Assembly (NCBI GenBank): GCA_031581195.1 | Contig: JAVLCF010000002.1 | Span: 1-48,944, forward strand | Direction of reading: 5' to 3' | From: Trueperaceae bacterium | GTDB lineage: Bacteria > Deinococcota > Deinococci > Deinococcales > Trueperaceae | Length of the DNA: 48,944 nt | In this document: positions 37,052 to 45,471 of the stretch, piece by piece | How positions within the stretch are numbered: position 1 is the stretch's first letter | How the letters are laid out: every line of letters begins with the position of its first letter | Position numbers and translations under genes: made by a program | The notes under the pieces: generated by a model | Databases searched by the model: none | Told to the model about the DNA's origin: nothing | The model's input: only the letters and a program-made list of their open reading frames with translations

Positions 37052-37405
37052 TCAATCGTCGCTACGGAGGCGTTCGGCGAGGCGCCGGTCGGCGCTCCGC
37101 ACGACCTGCGTCGCGCGGTTGCAGGGGGGCAGCCCGCCGTGGCGTTCGGCGTACGCCGCGAGCGCCTCCGCTTCGTCCGCCTTCGGGGTCGCGCTGTACG
37201 TCGTGCGCCAGTAGGCGGCGCGGTCCGCGACGCAACCGCCGGCCGCCAGGTGCTGACGGATGCGGTTCGGAACGTCCCGCCCGGACTGCCCGACGTAGAT
37301 CGTGCGTTTCGCGTCGTCGGCCAACTCGTACACGCCCGGTTGGGCGTCGCGCCCGCGGCGGGCGGGGAGCGTGGCGAGCGGCCGCCACCGCGCGAACAGC
37401 GGCAC
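37052..37405 (-). CDS. Small GIY-YIG-like domain protein (117 aa)
   Basis: PGVYEL-(8 aa)-IYVGQSGRDVPNRIRQH...EAEALAAYAERHGGLPPCN fits the GIY / YIG / R / E / N spacing. High GC3. GTG 37405 lies 2 nt after the era stop. Confidence 0.55.
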   Translation of the reverse strand: MPLFARWRPLATLPARRGRDAQPGVYELADDAKRTIYVGQSGRDVPNRIRQHLAAGGCVADRAAYWRTTYSATPKADEAEALAAYAERHGGLPPCNRATQVVRSADRRLAERLRSDD

Positions 37406-37407
37406 CG

Positions 37408-38421
37408 TCAGCTCCGGTAGCCGAGGTCGCGGAGCGCCTCGGGATCCATCCGCCAGTCGGGCCGCACGACCACCTCGAGGTCCAGGAACACCTGCTCGTC
37501 GAGGAAGGTCTCGAGCTGTTTGCGAGCGGTGCGCCCGATCTCCTTGATCATGCGGCCGCCGTGCCCGATGACGATCCGGCGGTGCTGGGACTTCTCCACC
37601 CACACGTCCGCCTGGATCACCAGCGGGTCGCCCGCCTCCGGGTCGGCGTCCACCCATTCGCGCACCTCGACCGCCACGCCGTACGGCAGCTCCTGCCGGA
37701 GGTGCGTCAGCGCGCTCTCGCGGATGAGTTCCCCCGCCCACTGTTCGCGGGTCTGGTCGCTGCGGATCGTGTCGGGAAAGAAGTAGGGGCCCTCCGGCAT
37801 CAGGTCCAGCAGGTCCTCGCGCAACGCGTACACCGCCGCGGGGTCGCGTTGCGCCGACAGCGCGTAGCGACGGGCCGGCGTCCGGCCCAGGTCGGCGTAG
37901 AGGTCCATCGCCTCCTCGGGGTACTTCGCTGCGTCGAGCTTGTTGCCGACCAGGAACACCGGCGTGTCGGGATCGAGTCCGTCCAGGAGGCGGGCGACGG
38001 CGCGGTCCTCGTCACCGGGCGGACGGCGCAGGTCGACGACCCACAGGATCACCTCGACGTCGGCCACCGCCCCGCGGATCTCGCGGGTCATGAACTGGTC
38101 CAACTCGGTCCGCCCCGAATGCAGGCCGGGGGTGTCGACGAACACGAGTTGGCGGCGGGCGTCGACGTCGGTCCAGATGCCGCGCACGCCCCGCCGCGTC
38201 GTTTGCGGTTTCGCGCTGATCGGGGCGACCTTCACGCCGAGCATCGTGTTCAACAACGTCGACTTGCCGACGTTCGGTTTCCCGAGGATCGCCACGAACC
38301 CGGCGTGCGTCGGGGTCTCGGGGCCCTCGGGCGCCTCGGGCGTCCCCGCGTCGGGGGCCGGTCTCTCGGTGGGGTCGTTCGTGTCGGGGCGCGGTGCGCC
38401 CTCGTCAGGTCCGTCGCGCAC
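37408..38421 (-). CDS. era: GTPase Era
   Basis: 337 aa. G1 motif [17 protein letters not shown] and a C-terminal KH domain. GTG 38421 lies 4 nt after a GGGAGGA SD, giving a roughly 40-aa Pro/Glu/Asp-rich N-terminal extension. Confidence 0.92.
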   Translation of the reverse strand: MRDGPDEGAPRPDTNDPTERPAPDAGTPEAPEGPETPTHAGFVAILGKPNVGKSTLLNTMLGVKVAPISAKPQTTRRGVRGIWTDVDARRQLVFVDTPGLHSGRTELDQFMTREIRGAVADVEVILWVVDLRRPPGDEDRAVARLLDGLDPDTPVFLVGNKLDAAKYPEEAMDLYADLGRTPARRYALSAQRDPAAVYALREDLLDLMPEGPYFFPDTIRSDQTREQWAGELIRESALTHLRQELPYGVAVEVREWVDADPEAGDPLVIQADVWVEKSQHRRIVIGHGGRMIKEIGRTARKQLETFLDEQVFLDLEVVVRPDWRMDPEALRDLGYRS

Positions 38422-38466
38422 GACGTCCTCCCGTCCGCACCACCGCTCGGCCTCGCGCCATGCGAA

Positions 38467-38486
38467 GGGGCCCCTCGCGGGGCCCC
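38467..38486 (-). terminator. Hairpin between tRNA-fMet and era
   Basis: GGGGCCCC-tcgc-GGGGCCCC, an 8-bp stem 10 nt after the tRNA 3' end. A terminator or processing signal. Confidence 0.45.
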
Positions 38487-38495
38487 ATCGGCGGT

Positions 38496-38572
<77 letters not shown>

Positions 38573-38586
38573 GCGGTGCAAAGAGA

Positions 38587-38616
38587 AGTCTACACCCTCG
38601 CGTCCGGTCAGGTCAA
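38587..38616 (-). promoter_or_regulatory. Promoter of tRNA-fMet (TTGACC-18-TAGACT)
   Basis: On the minus strand: TTGACC (38616-38611), an 18-nt spacer, then TAGACT (38592-38587), which ends 14 nt before the mature tRNA 5' end. Confidence 0.55.
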
Positions 38617-38849
38617 CGTCATGTATGGGTTCAGGACGTTTGGGACACGTGGGGTTCCGTGGCGCGCGGGTCCTGCATGAACGATGGGAGGCGGAGGCCA
38701 CACGAAACCGCACGGGCTCCAAGGTGGCGCTCCGCTCACGGGAACGGACGCGACGGAGCCAGCGGTTCCGGTGCCGCTCAGTGACGGAGACCGCGGCATC
38801 CCGACGTCGATCGAGCGGCGGGGTGACGTGCGGCGGCGTCGGGGCGTCG

Positions 38850-39710
38850 TCAGCCGGGGTAGCCGTCGCCGGCCAGGCAGGCCTGCGCGTCGAGGTGAAG
38901 GGCGTCGATCGTGGGGGAGGTGCCGCAGATGGCGCACCCGGGTTGCGGGCCGATGCGGATGCGTTGCGTCGTCCAGGTCCCCAGGTCGAGATGGAGGAGG
39001 CCCTCGGGGGCGGCGGGGACGGTGCCGGCGGCGAGGCGGAGCGCCTCGAGCGCCATCCAGGACCCGATGACGCCGGCGGCGGGGCCGGCGACGCCGGCCT
39101 CCGCGCAGGAGGGGATCGAGTCGGGGGGGGGTGCCGTCGGGTGGAGGCACCGGTAGCAGGGGGCGCGTCGCCAGTCCGCGCCGTGCTCGCTGCGGTCGCG
39201 CACCAGGCGCGCGACCTGTCCCTCGAGGCGCGAGACCGAGCCGAACACCAGCGGCACGTCCTCGAGGACGCAGGCGTCGGACACCAGGTAGCGCGTGGCC
39301 GGGTTGTCGGTCGCGTCGATGACGACGTCGTGCCCCCGCACGAGGTCACGCCCGGTGTCGGGCCCGAAGGTGGTGGCGTGCGGCGTCACGTGCAGCGCGC
39401 CGTCGACCTCCCGGGCGCGGGCGGCGGCCACGTCGACCTTCGGCGCGCCGAGATCCGCCTCTCGGTACAGGATCTGGCGGTGCAGGTCCGCGCGGCGAAC
39501 CTCGCCACCGTCGACCAACGTGAGGCCCGCCAGGCCGCTGCCCGCCAGGTAGGCCGTGACCGGCGCCCCGAGTCCGCCCAGGCCGACGACGAGGATGCGC
39601 GCCTCGGCGAGGGCGGCCTGTCCCTCCGGCCCGAGCTCGGGGAGGACCAGGTGCCGAGCGAAGCGCTCGCGGCGCTCGGAACCGAAACTCGCGTGCGTCG
39701 CGCGACTCAC
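38850..39710 (-). CDS. ThiF/MoeB/HesA family E1-like adenylyltransferase
   Basis: 286 aa. Nucleotide-binding ILVVGLGGLGAPV and two CxxC pairs (CYRC, CAIC). No rhodanese domain. The GTG overlaps the upstream stop (GTGA). Confidence 0.85.
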   Translation of the reverse strand: MSRATHASFGSERRERFARHLVLPELGPEGQAALAEARILVVGLGGLGAPVTAYLAGSGLAGLTLVDGGEVRRADLHRQILYREADLGAPKVDVAAARAREVDGALHVTPHATTFGPDTGRDLVRGHDVVIDATDNPATRYLVSDACVLEDVPLVFGSVSRLEGQVARLVRDRSEHGADWRRAPCYRCLHPTAPPPDSIPSCAEAGVAGPAAGVIGSWMALEALRLAAGTVPAAPEGLLHLDLGTWTTQRIRIGPQPGCAICGTSPTIDALHLDAQACLAGDGYPG

Positions 39711-40999
39711 GGTGCGTCCCCCGCGGGGAGGACCTCGTGGATCAGGGGGGGCGCCTGCGCGGCGTCCGCGATGCGGACGGCGGCCGTCAACGCCGTCCGG
39801 GCCGCGTCGAGGCCGCGCCCGTCCCGGTGATGGATCGTGAGGAGCGGCGCGCCGGCCGACACCGGATCGCCGACCTTCGCCGCGAGCGTCACGCCGACCC
39901 CCAGGTCGACGGCGTCCCCCTTCGTCGCGCGGCCGCCCCCGAGCGCCCGGACGGCGCGACCGACGGCGAGGGCGTCGAGCTCCGCGACGACGCCGTCCGT
40001 GTCGGCCTCCAGCGTCACGGCGTCCGGCGCGAGCGCCAACGCGTCGGGGTGCGCCAGGTCGCCGCCCTGCGCCGCGATCCAGCGGTCGAACGTCGCGCGG
40101 GCGCGTCCGTCATCCAGCGGGGCGGCGACGGTGGCGGGGTCGGCCGGGAGGCCGGACGCGGCCAGCACCTCGCGAGCCAGCACGAGGACGAGCTCGCGCA
40201 GGTCCGGGGGGCCGCCCCCCTCGAGCGTCTCGATCGCTTCGCGCACCTCGAGGGCGTTCCCGACCGTCCGGCCGAGCGGTTGCTCCATGCCCGAGAGGAC
40301 GACCGCGACGTTGCGGCCGGCGTGCACGCCGATCGCCCGCATGCGGCGCGCCAGGTCGCGACCGGCCTCCAGGTCCTTCATGAACGCCCCCCGCCCCACC
40401 TTGACGTCCAGCACGATCGAGGCGGCGCCCCCCGCCAGCTTCTTGCTCATGACGCTCGCGGCGATCAGGGGCGGGGACGCGACCGTGGCGGTCGCGTCCC
40501 GCAGGGCGTACAGGACGCCGTCGGCGGGAGCCATGGAGGCCGACTGGCCCGCCACCACGACCCCGACCTCCCGCGCTTGCGCGCGGAACGCCGCCTCGTC
40601 GAGGGCCGCGCGGTAGCCGGGGATCGCTTCGAGCTTGTCGATCGTGCCGCCGGTATGCCCGAGGCCGCGTCCCGACGCCTTCGCGACCGTCGCGCCGAGC
40701 GTCGCGAGGAGCGGCGCGAGCACGAGCGTCGTCTTGTCCCCCACGCCGCCGGTGGAGTGCTTGTCGGCGGTGTGCGGCAGGTCGCTCAGGTCCAGCCGCG
40801 CGCCGCTGTCCGCCATCGCTTCGGTCAGGACCCCCGTCTCGCGATCCGTGAGGCCGCGGAACACGACCGCCATCAACCAGGCGGCCGCCTGTTCGTCGGG
40901 CACGGTGCCGTCGGCGACGCCCCGCACGAACGCTTCGAGGTCCGCGTCGTCATGGGCGTGCCCGTCGCGTTTCTCGGCGATGAAGGCGGGCAGGTTCAT
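39707..40999 (-). CDS. Thymidine / pyrimidine-nucleoside phosphorylase
   Basis: 430 aa from ATG 40999. MNLPAFIAEKRDG..., KHSTGGVGDKTTL motif. A TACAGT box lies 6 nt upstream. Confidence 0.9.
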   Translation of the reverse strand: MNLPAFIAEKRDGHAHDDADLEAFVRGVADGTVPDEQAAAWLMAVVFRGLTDRETGVLTEAMADSGARLDLSDLPHTADKHSTGGVGDKTTLVLAPLLATLGATVAKASGRGLGHTGGTIDKLEAIPGYRAALDEAAFRAQAREVGVVVAGQSASMAPADGVLYALRDATATVASPPLIAASVMSKKLAGGAASIVLDVKVGRGAFMKDLEAGRDLARRMRAIGVHAGRNVAVVLSGMEQPLGRTVGNALEVREAIETLEGGGPPDLRELVLVLAREVLAASGLPADPATVAAPLDDGRARATFDRWIAAQGGDLAHPDALALAPDAVTLEADTDGVVAELDALAVGRAVRALGGGRATKGDAVDLGVGVTLAAKVGDPVSAGAPLLTIHHRDGRGLDAARTALTAAVRIADAAQAPPLIHEVLPAGDAP

Positions 41000-41005
41000 G
41001 CGCTC

Positions 41006-41011
41006 ACTGTA
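41006..41011 (-). promoter_or_regulatory. -10-like box for the leaderless thymidine phosphorylase gene
   Basis: Minus strand TACAGT, 6 nt, ATG 40999. Confidence 0.4.
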
Positions 41012-41044
41012 GCCAACGCGCCCCATGGGGGCCCGCCCGTCCGG

Positions 41045-42556
41045 TCACGACGGCGGCGACGCGAGCGCCGCCCACGCCGCGCGGGCCTCCGCCGCCTCGT
41101 CCCACGGGTGGGGACCGTCGGCCCGCTCGAGGGTCGCTTCGGGGCCCTTCCCGGCGAGCAGCACCACGTCGCCCGGGGCGGCGTCGGCGACGGCGGCCCG
41201 GATCGCGTCGCGCCGGTCGGGGTGAAGGTGGTAGGCGTCGCCCGCCGCGCCACCCGCGGCGCGCGCGCCGTCGGCGAGGGCGGCCAGGATCGCGTCGACG
41301 TCCTCCCCCCGCGCGTCCTCCTCGGTGAAGTAGGCGACGTCGGCGTGCCGGACCGCCGCCTCCCCGAGCGGCGCGCGCTTCCCGGGGTCGCGTTCGCCCG
41401 CCGCCCCGATCACGACCCGCACGCGCCCCCCGGGGCCGGCCATCGGCCGGACGGTCGCGAGCGCCGCGGCGAGCGCGGGGGGCGTGTGCGCGAAATCCAC
41501 GACGAGGGCGAACGGGTCGGACGCCACGACCTGCATGCGGCCGGGGATGCCGGGGAACGACGCGAGGCGGGCGACGGCGACGTCGGCGGGGACGCCCTCG
41601 TGCGCGGCGGCGGCGACCGCCGCGACGGCGTTCAGGGCGTTGTGGCGGCCGGGGAGGGGGAGGACCCCGGCGTGCTCGCGGCCGTCGGGCGCGGCGAGGC
41701 GCACCGTCTGGCCGCCGGGGGCGGGGTCGGCGGCGAGGAGGCGCCAGTCGGCGCGGGGGTCGGCCCCGTAGCTGGTCGAGGGGGTGGGGAGGGCGGCGTA
41801 GACGTCGTACGTCGCGTCGTCGCGACACAGGATCGCGTGCGCCGCGCGCGCGATCAGGACGCCCTTCGCGTCGCGGTACGCCTCGAACGACCCGTGGAAG
41901 TCGAGGTGCTCCGGCGTGAGGTTCGTCCAGATCGCGAGGGCGTACGCGACGGCGTCGAGGCGCCGTTGCGCCAGCCCGTGCGAGCTGGACTCCAGCACGA
42001 CGTGGCGCGCGCCGGCGTCGACGGCGGCGGCGAGGAACGCCTGCACTTCGTTCGCTTCGGGCGTCGTGAACCCGCCGGGCGGGCCGGGCGCGTCGTGCCC
42101 GAGGCGCACGAGGGCGGTGGACAACAGCGCCGCGTCGCCGCCCGGCGGGGCGGCGCCGGCGGGGCCCTGCAGCAGCCACCAGGCGAGCGCCGACGTCGTG
42201 GTCTTGCCGTCGGTGCCGGTCACGCCGATCACCCGCGTCCGGCGCGAGGGGTGGCCGTGCAGCGTCGCCGCGAGGTGGGCGACGGCGCCGCGCGCGTCGT
42301 CGACGCGGAGGTACGGCACGCCCGCCAACGCGTCCGTGGGGGGGACGTCGCGCTCCCCGACGACCAGCGTCGCGCCGGCGGCGACGGCGTCGGGCACGAA
42401 GGCGTGCCCGTCGAAGCGGGCGCCCCGCCGCGCGACGAAGATCGCGCCGGGCGTCACCCGGGCGGCGTCCTGCGTCACCGCCGTCACGACGGCGTCGGGG
42501 AACGCCGACGGGTCGCCGCCCAGCCCGGCGCGGTGGAGGAGGTCGCGGAGGCGCAC
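41045..42556 (-). CDS. murE: UDP-N-acetylmuramoyl-L-alanyl-D-glutamate--diamino acid ligase (MurE)
   Basis: 503 aa from GTG 42556. P-loop GVTGTDGKTTT, with Mur ligase middle and C-terminal domains. The DNPR position reads EDAR. Confidence 0.9.
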   Translation of the reverse strand: MRLRDLLHRAGLGGDPSAFPDAVVTAVTQDAARVTPGAIFVARRGARFDGHAFVPDAVAAGATLVVGERDVPPTDALAGVPYLRVDDARGAVAHLAATLHGHPSRRTRVIGVTGTDGKTTTSALAWWLLQGPAGAAPPGGDAALLSTALVRLGHDAPGPPGGFTTPEANEVQAFLAAAVDAGARHVVLESSSHGLAQRRLDAVAYALAIWTNLTPEHLDFHGSFEAYRDAKGVLIARAAHAILCRDDATYDVYAALPTPSTSYGADPRADWRLLAADPAPGGQTVRLAAPDGREHAGVLPLPGRHNALNAVAAVAAAAHEGVPADVAVARLASFPGIPGRMQVVASDPFALVVDFAHTPPALAAALATVRPMAGPGGRVRVVIGAAGERDPGKRAPLGEAAVRHADVAYFTEEDARGEDVDAILAALADGARAAGGAAGDAYHLHPDRRDAIRAAVADAAPGDVVLLAGKGPEATLERADGPHPWDEAAEARAAWAALASPPS

Positions 42557-42558
42557 CC

Positions 42559-43185
42559 CTACCCCCGCATCACCGGCGGCGTCAGGCCGTGCCGCTCGAG
42601 GTCGGCGCAGAGCGCTTCGAAGTCCGCCTCGCGCCCGACGAAGTCGAGGGCGTCGGCGTCGATGGTGACGACGCGGGCGCCGCCGAAGCCGACGGCGAAG
42701 GCGTCGTACAGCGTATTCAACGTCGCGAGGTAGTCCGCGTCGATGTCGCGTTCGTAGCCGCGTCCGCGGCGGGCGATGCGGGCCTGCAGGGTCGGGAGCG
42801 ACGCGCGGAGGTAGACCAGCAGGTCCGGGGGGCGCAACGTCGCGGCGATCGCGTCGTAGAGGCGGCGGTAGGCCGCCCAATCGCGCGCGTCCATCACGCC
42901 CCGCGTCCACAACGCCCGCGCGAAGACGTCGGCGTCCTCGTAGATGGTGCGGTCCTGCACGACCCGTTCCCCCGGGTTCACCTGGCGCAGGTGCTGGCGG
43001 AGGCGTTCGGCGAGGAAGAAGGTCTGCGAGTGAAACGCCCAGCGCGGCATGTCGGCGTAGAAGTCGCTCAGGTACGGGTTGTCGTCGACCGCCTCGAAGA
43101 TCGGTTCGAGGCCGTAGCGCTCCGCGAGGCGGGTCGTGAGGGTGGATTTGCCGACGCCGACGTTCCCGGCGATCGCGACGTACAT
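42559..43185 (-). CDS. Deoxynucleoside kinase (second of a pair)
   Basis: 208 aa. MYVAIAGNVGVGKSTL P-loop, NPYLSDFY and DRTIYED motifs. The ATG shares 1 nt with the upstream stop. Confidence 0.85.
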   Translation of the reverse strand: MYVAIAGNVGVGKSTLTTRLAERYGLEPIFEAVDDNPYLSDFYADMPRWAFHSQTFFLAERLRQHLRQVNPGERVVQDRTIYEDADVFARALWTRGVMDARDWAAYRRLYDAIAATLRPPDLLVYLRASLPTLQARIARRGRGYERDIDADYLATLNTLYDAFAVGFGGARVVTIDADALDFVGREADFEALCADLERHGLTPPVMRG

Positions 43186-43787
43186 CAGGCCGCCTTCAGC
43201 GGCGCGAGCACGGCCGCGAGGACCGCCTCGCGGTCGTCGCGGGAGCCGACGAAGTCCACGTCGGCGGCGGGGATCGTGACGACCGGGTGGGGGTAGTGCT
43301 CGAAGAAGGCGTCGTACGCCGCGGCGAGCCGGCGGAGGTAGTCCGCCTCGATGTGGGTCTCGAACGGACGGCCGCGCTTCGCGATGCGGCGCAACAGCAG
43401 CTCCGGGTCGGCGCGGAGGTGCACGACGACGTCGGGCGGCGTGAGGCGGGGTCGCAGCGACGCGTAGAGGCTCTCGTACAGCGCCCACTCGTCGCCGCGC
43501 AGGTTCAACGAGGCGAAGATGCGGTCCTTGTCGAACAGGTAGTCCGCGACGGTGTGCGCCGCGAACAGGTCGCCCTGCGCCTGCTCCTGCGACTGGCGGA
43601 AGCGCGACAGCAGAAAGAAGGTCTGGACGTTGAACGCCCAGCGGTCGGGGTCCTCGTAGAAGCGCGCGAGGAACGGGTTCTCCTCGACGACCTCGAGCAC
43701 GACCCGCGCGCCGAGGCGTTCGGCGAGGAGGTGCGTCAGGCTGGTCTTGCCGACCCCGATGGGGCCTTCGATCGCGATGGTGGCCAC
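43185..43787 (-). CDS. Deoxynucleoside kinase (first of a pair)
   Basis: 200 aa from GTG 43787 (GGAGGA SD 5 nt upstream). IAIEGPIGVGKTSL P-loop and NPFLARFY motif. Confidence 0.85.
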   Translation of the reverse strand: MATIAIEGPIGVGKTSLTHLLAERLGARVVLEVVEENPFLARFYEDPDRWAFNVQTFFLLSRFRQSQEQAQGDLFAAHTVADYLFDKDRIFASLNLRGDEWALYESLYASLRPRLTPPDVVVHLRADPELLLRRIAKRGRPFETHIEADYLRRLAAAYDAFFEHYPHPVVTIPAADVDFVGSRDDREAVLAAVLAPLKAA

Positions 43788-43806
43788 GGCCGTCCTCCGG
43801 TCCACG

Positions 43807-43812
43807 AGAATA
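43807..43812 (-). promoter_or_regulatory. -10-like box of the dNK-dNK-murE operon
   Basis: Minus strand TATTCT, followed by a short leader with a GGAGGA SD before GTG 43787. Confidence 0.4.
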
Positions 43813-43853
43813 CCGCAGCGACCCCCGAGCACCGCGCCGGCGACCGCGCGTGC

Positions 43854-43859
43854 TAGCAT
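43854..43859 (+). promoter_or_regulatory. Extended -10-like box upstream of the CNNM/CorC gene
   Basis: TGcTAGCAT, 10 nt, ATG 43870. Confidence 0.35.
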
Positions 43860-43869
43860 CCGCTCAGGC

Positions 43870-45471
43870 ATGGACGAAGACTCGCCTCCCAGTCGACCGC
43901 GGCGCCCGCGAAGGTCGCCGCGCAGCCCCCACCCCCCCACCTCCGGATCGTCAGGTGCCGGTCGGACGCGTACGGCGCGTCCGGGCCTCGTCGCGTGGGG
44001 CGTCGCCCTGCTCGTCGGCGTGCCGCTGGTCGCGTGGGCGCAGGTGCCCGCCGCGCCCGAGACGGGCGTGCAGGCGTGGCAGGTGGCGCTGTTGGTGGTG
44101 CTCCTGGCGCTCTCCGGCCTGATGTCGGGTTCGGAGACGGCGCTGACGGCGCTCGGGGCGTGGAAGATCCGGCAGTTGCGCGAGGAGGGCCTCGACCCGA
44201 CCGGGGTGTTCGGCCTGCTCGAGCGGCAACCGACGCGCTTCATCACGACGCTGTTGATCGGCAACAACCTGGTGAACATCGGAGCGACCGCGCTCGTGAC
44301 GCAGATGTCGATCCAGCTCTCGCGCCAGGTCGGCTTCGCGGAGTCCCTCGCGGTGGGCTACGCCACCGGCCTCATGACGTTCCTGGTGTTGATCTTCGGG
44401 GAGATCACGCCGAAGTCGTTGGCGGTCCACAACGCCGTGGGCTTCAGTCGCGTCGTGATCCGTCCCGTGTACGTCCTCTCGGTCGTGCTGTACCCCGTGG
44501 GGCGCTTCTTCACGTGGATCACGACGCTGCTGCTGCGCAGCGTCCGGCTGGAGCCGGCCTCGTCGCCGTTGATTACGGAGAACGAACTGCGCCTCATGCT
44601 CCGCAGCGCCGAGGAGTCCGGCGTCATCGAGGCGCAGGAGGAACGGATGATCAAGGGGATCATCGATCTCGAGGAGACCGTGGTGCGCGAGGTCATGACG
44701 CCCCGCGTCGACGTCGTGGCGGTCGCCGCCGACGCGCCGCTCGAGGACCTGTTGGCGTTGGTGACCGAGCACGGCTACAGCCGCCTTCCGGTGTACGAGG
44801 AGACGATCGACGAGATGCGCGGCATCGTCCTCGCGCGGGACCTGCTGCCCTACCTCGGGCGGCCCGAGGCGTTGGCGCGCCTCACGGTCGCGGACCTGAT
44901 GGGGCCCCCGCAGTACGTGCCGGAGACCCTGTCGGTCCTGAACCTGCTGCGCGACATGCGCCAGCGCAAGGTGCACCTCGCGGTCGTCGTCGACGAGTTC
45001 GGGGGGACGGCGGGCCTCGTGACGCTCGAGGACGTCATCGAGGAGATCACCGGCGAGATCTACGACGAGAGCGACGAGGTGGAGGCCGCCGACGTCGTGG
45101 GGCAGGGGGACGGGACGTACCTGGTGCAGGGCACCACGAACCTCGAGGAGGTCGGGGAGGCGCTGCAGCTGGTGTTCGAGGACGAGGGCGAGTACGACAC
45201 CCTCGCCGGGTTCCTGATCGCGCGGTACGGCTCGATCCCGCAGGTCGGCGACCGACTGGCGCACGACGGCGCCGACTTCGAGGTCGTCGAGGGGGACGAA
45301 CGTCGCGTCAGTCGCGTCCGGGTGACGCTGCACCGGACGCCGTTCCCGCACGACCTGGACGACGGGGCGGACGACGGCGCGGCGGAGGGCGCGACGTCCG
45401 ACGTCGCGCCCTCCGTTCAGGGGGGCGTCGCGTCGCTCGACCCCGACGCGTCCGACGTCCCCCCGCGGTAG
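43870..45471 (+). CDS. CNNM/HlyC-CorC family protein (DUF21 + CBS pair + CorC_HlyC)
   Basis: DUF21 TM region (LSGLMSGSETALTAL), CBS pair and a C-terminal CorC_HlyC transporter-associated domain. ATG 43870 is tentative; the first 60 aa are Pro/Arg-rich. Confidence 0.85.
   Translation: MDEDSPPSRPRRPRRSPRSPHPPTSGSSGAGRTRTARPGLVAWGVALLVGVPLVAWAQVPAAPETGVQAWQVALLVVLLALSGLMSGSETALTALGAWKIRQLREEGLDPTGVFGLLERQPTRFITTLLIGNNLVNIGATALVTQMSIQLSRQVGFAESLAVGYATGLMTFLVLIFGEITPKSLAVHNAVGFSRVVIRPVYVLSVVLYPVGRFFTWITTLLLRSVRLEPASSPLITENELRLMLRSAEESGVIEAQEERMIKGIIDLEETVVREVMTPRVDVVAVAADAPLEDLLALVTEHGYSRLPVYEETIDEMRGIVLARDLLPYLGRPEALARLTVADLMGPPQYVPETLSVLNLLRDMRQRKVHLAVVVDEFGGTAGLVTLEDVIEEITGEIYDESDEVEAADVVGQGDGTYLVQGTTNLEEVGEALQLVFEDEGEYDTLAGFLIARYGSIPQVGDRLAHDGADFEVVEGDERRVSRVRVTLHRTPFPHDLDDGADDGAAEGATSDVAPSVQGGVASLDPDASDVPPR

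Noticed and set aside
38296-38421. The roughly 40-aa Pro/Glu/Asp/Thr-rich N-terminal extension of Era, considered as a possible mis-called start or fused peptide.
   Set aside because: No in-frame start codon exists closer to the G1 motif, and GTG 38421 has a strong GGGAGGA SD. Low-complexity N-terminal tails on GTPases are common in GC-rich genomes.
38608-38799. A 63-aa Ser/Gly/Pro-rich ORF (minus strand) in the thiF-tRNA spacer, considered as a possible ThiS/MoaD-like partner of the E1-like enzyme.
   Set aside because: Its third-position GC is only about 68%, versus over 90% in real genes here. It has no SD or -10 box, does not end in Gly-Gly, and shows no beta-grasp-like pattern.
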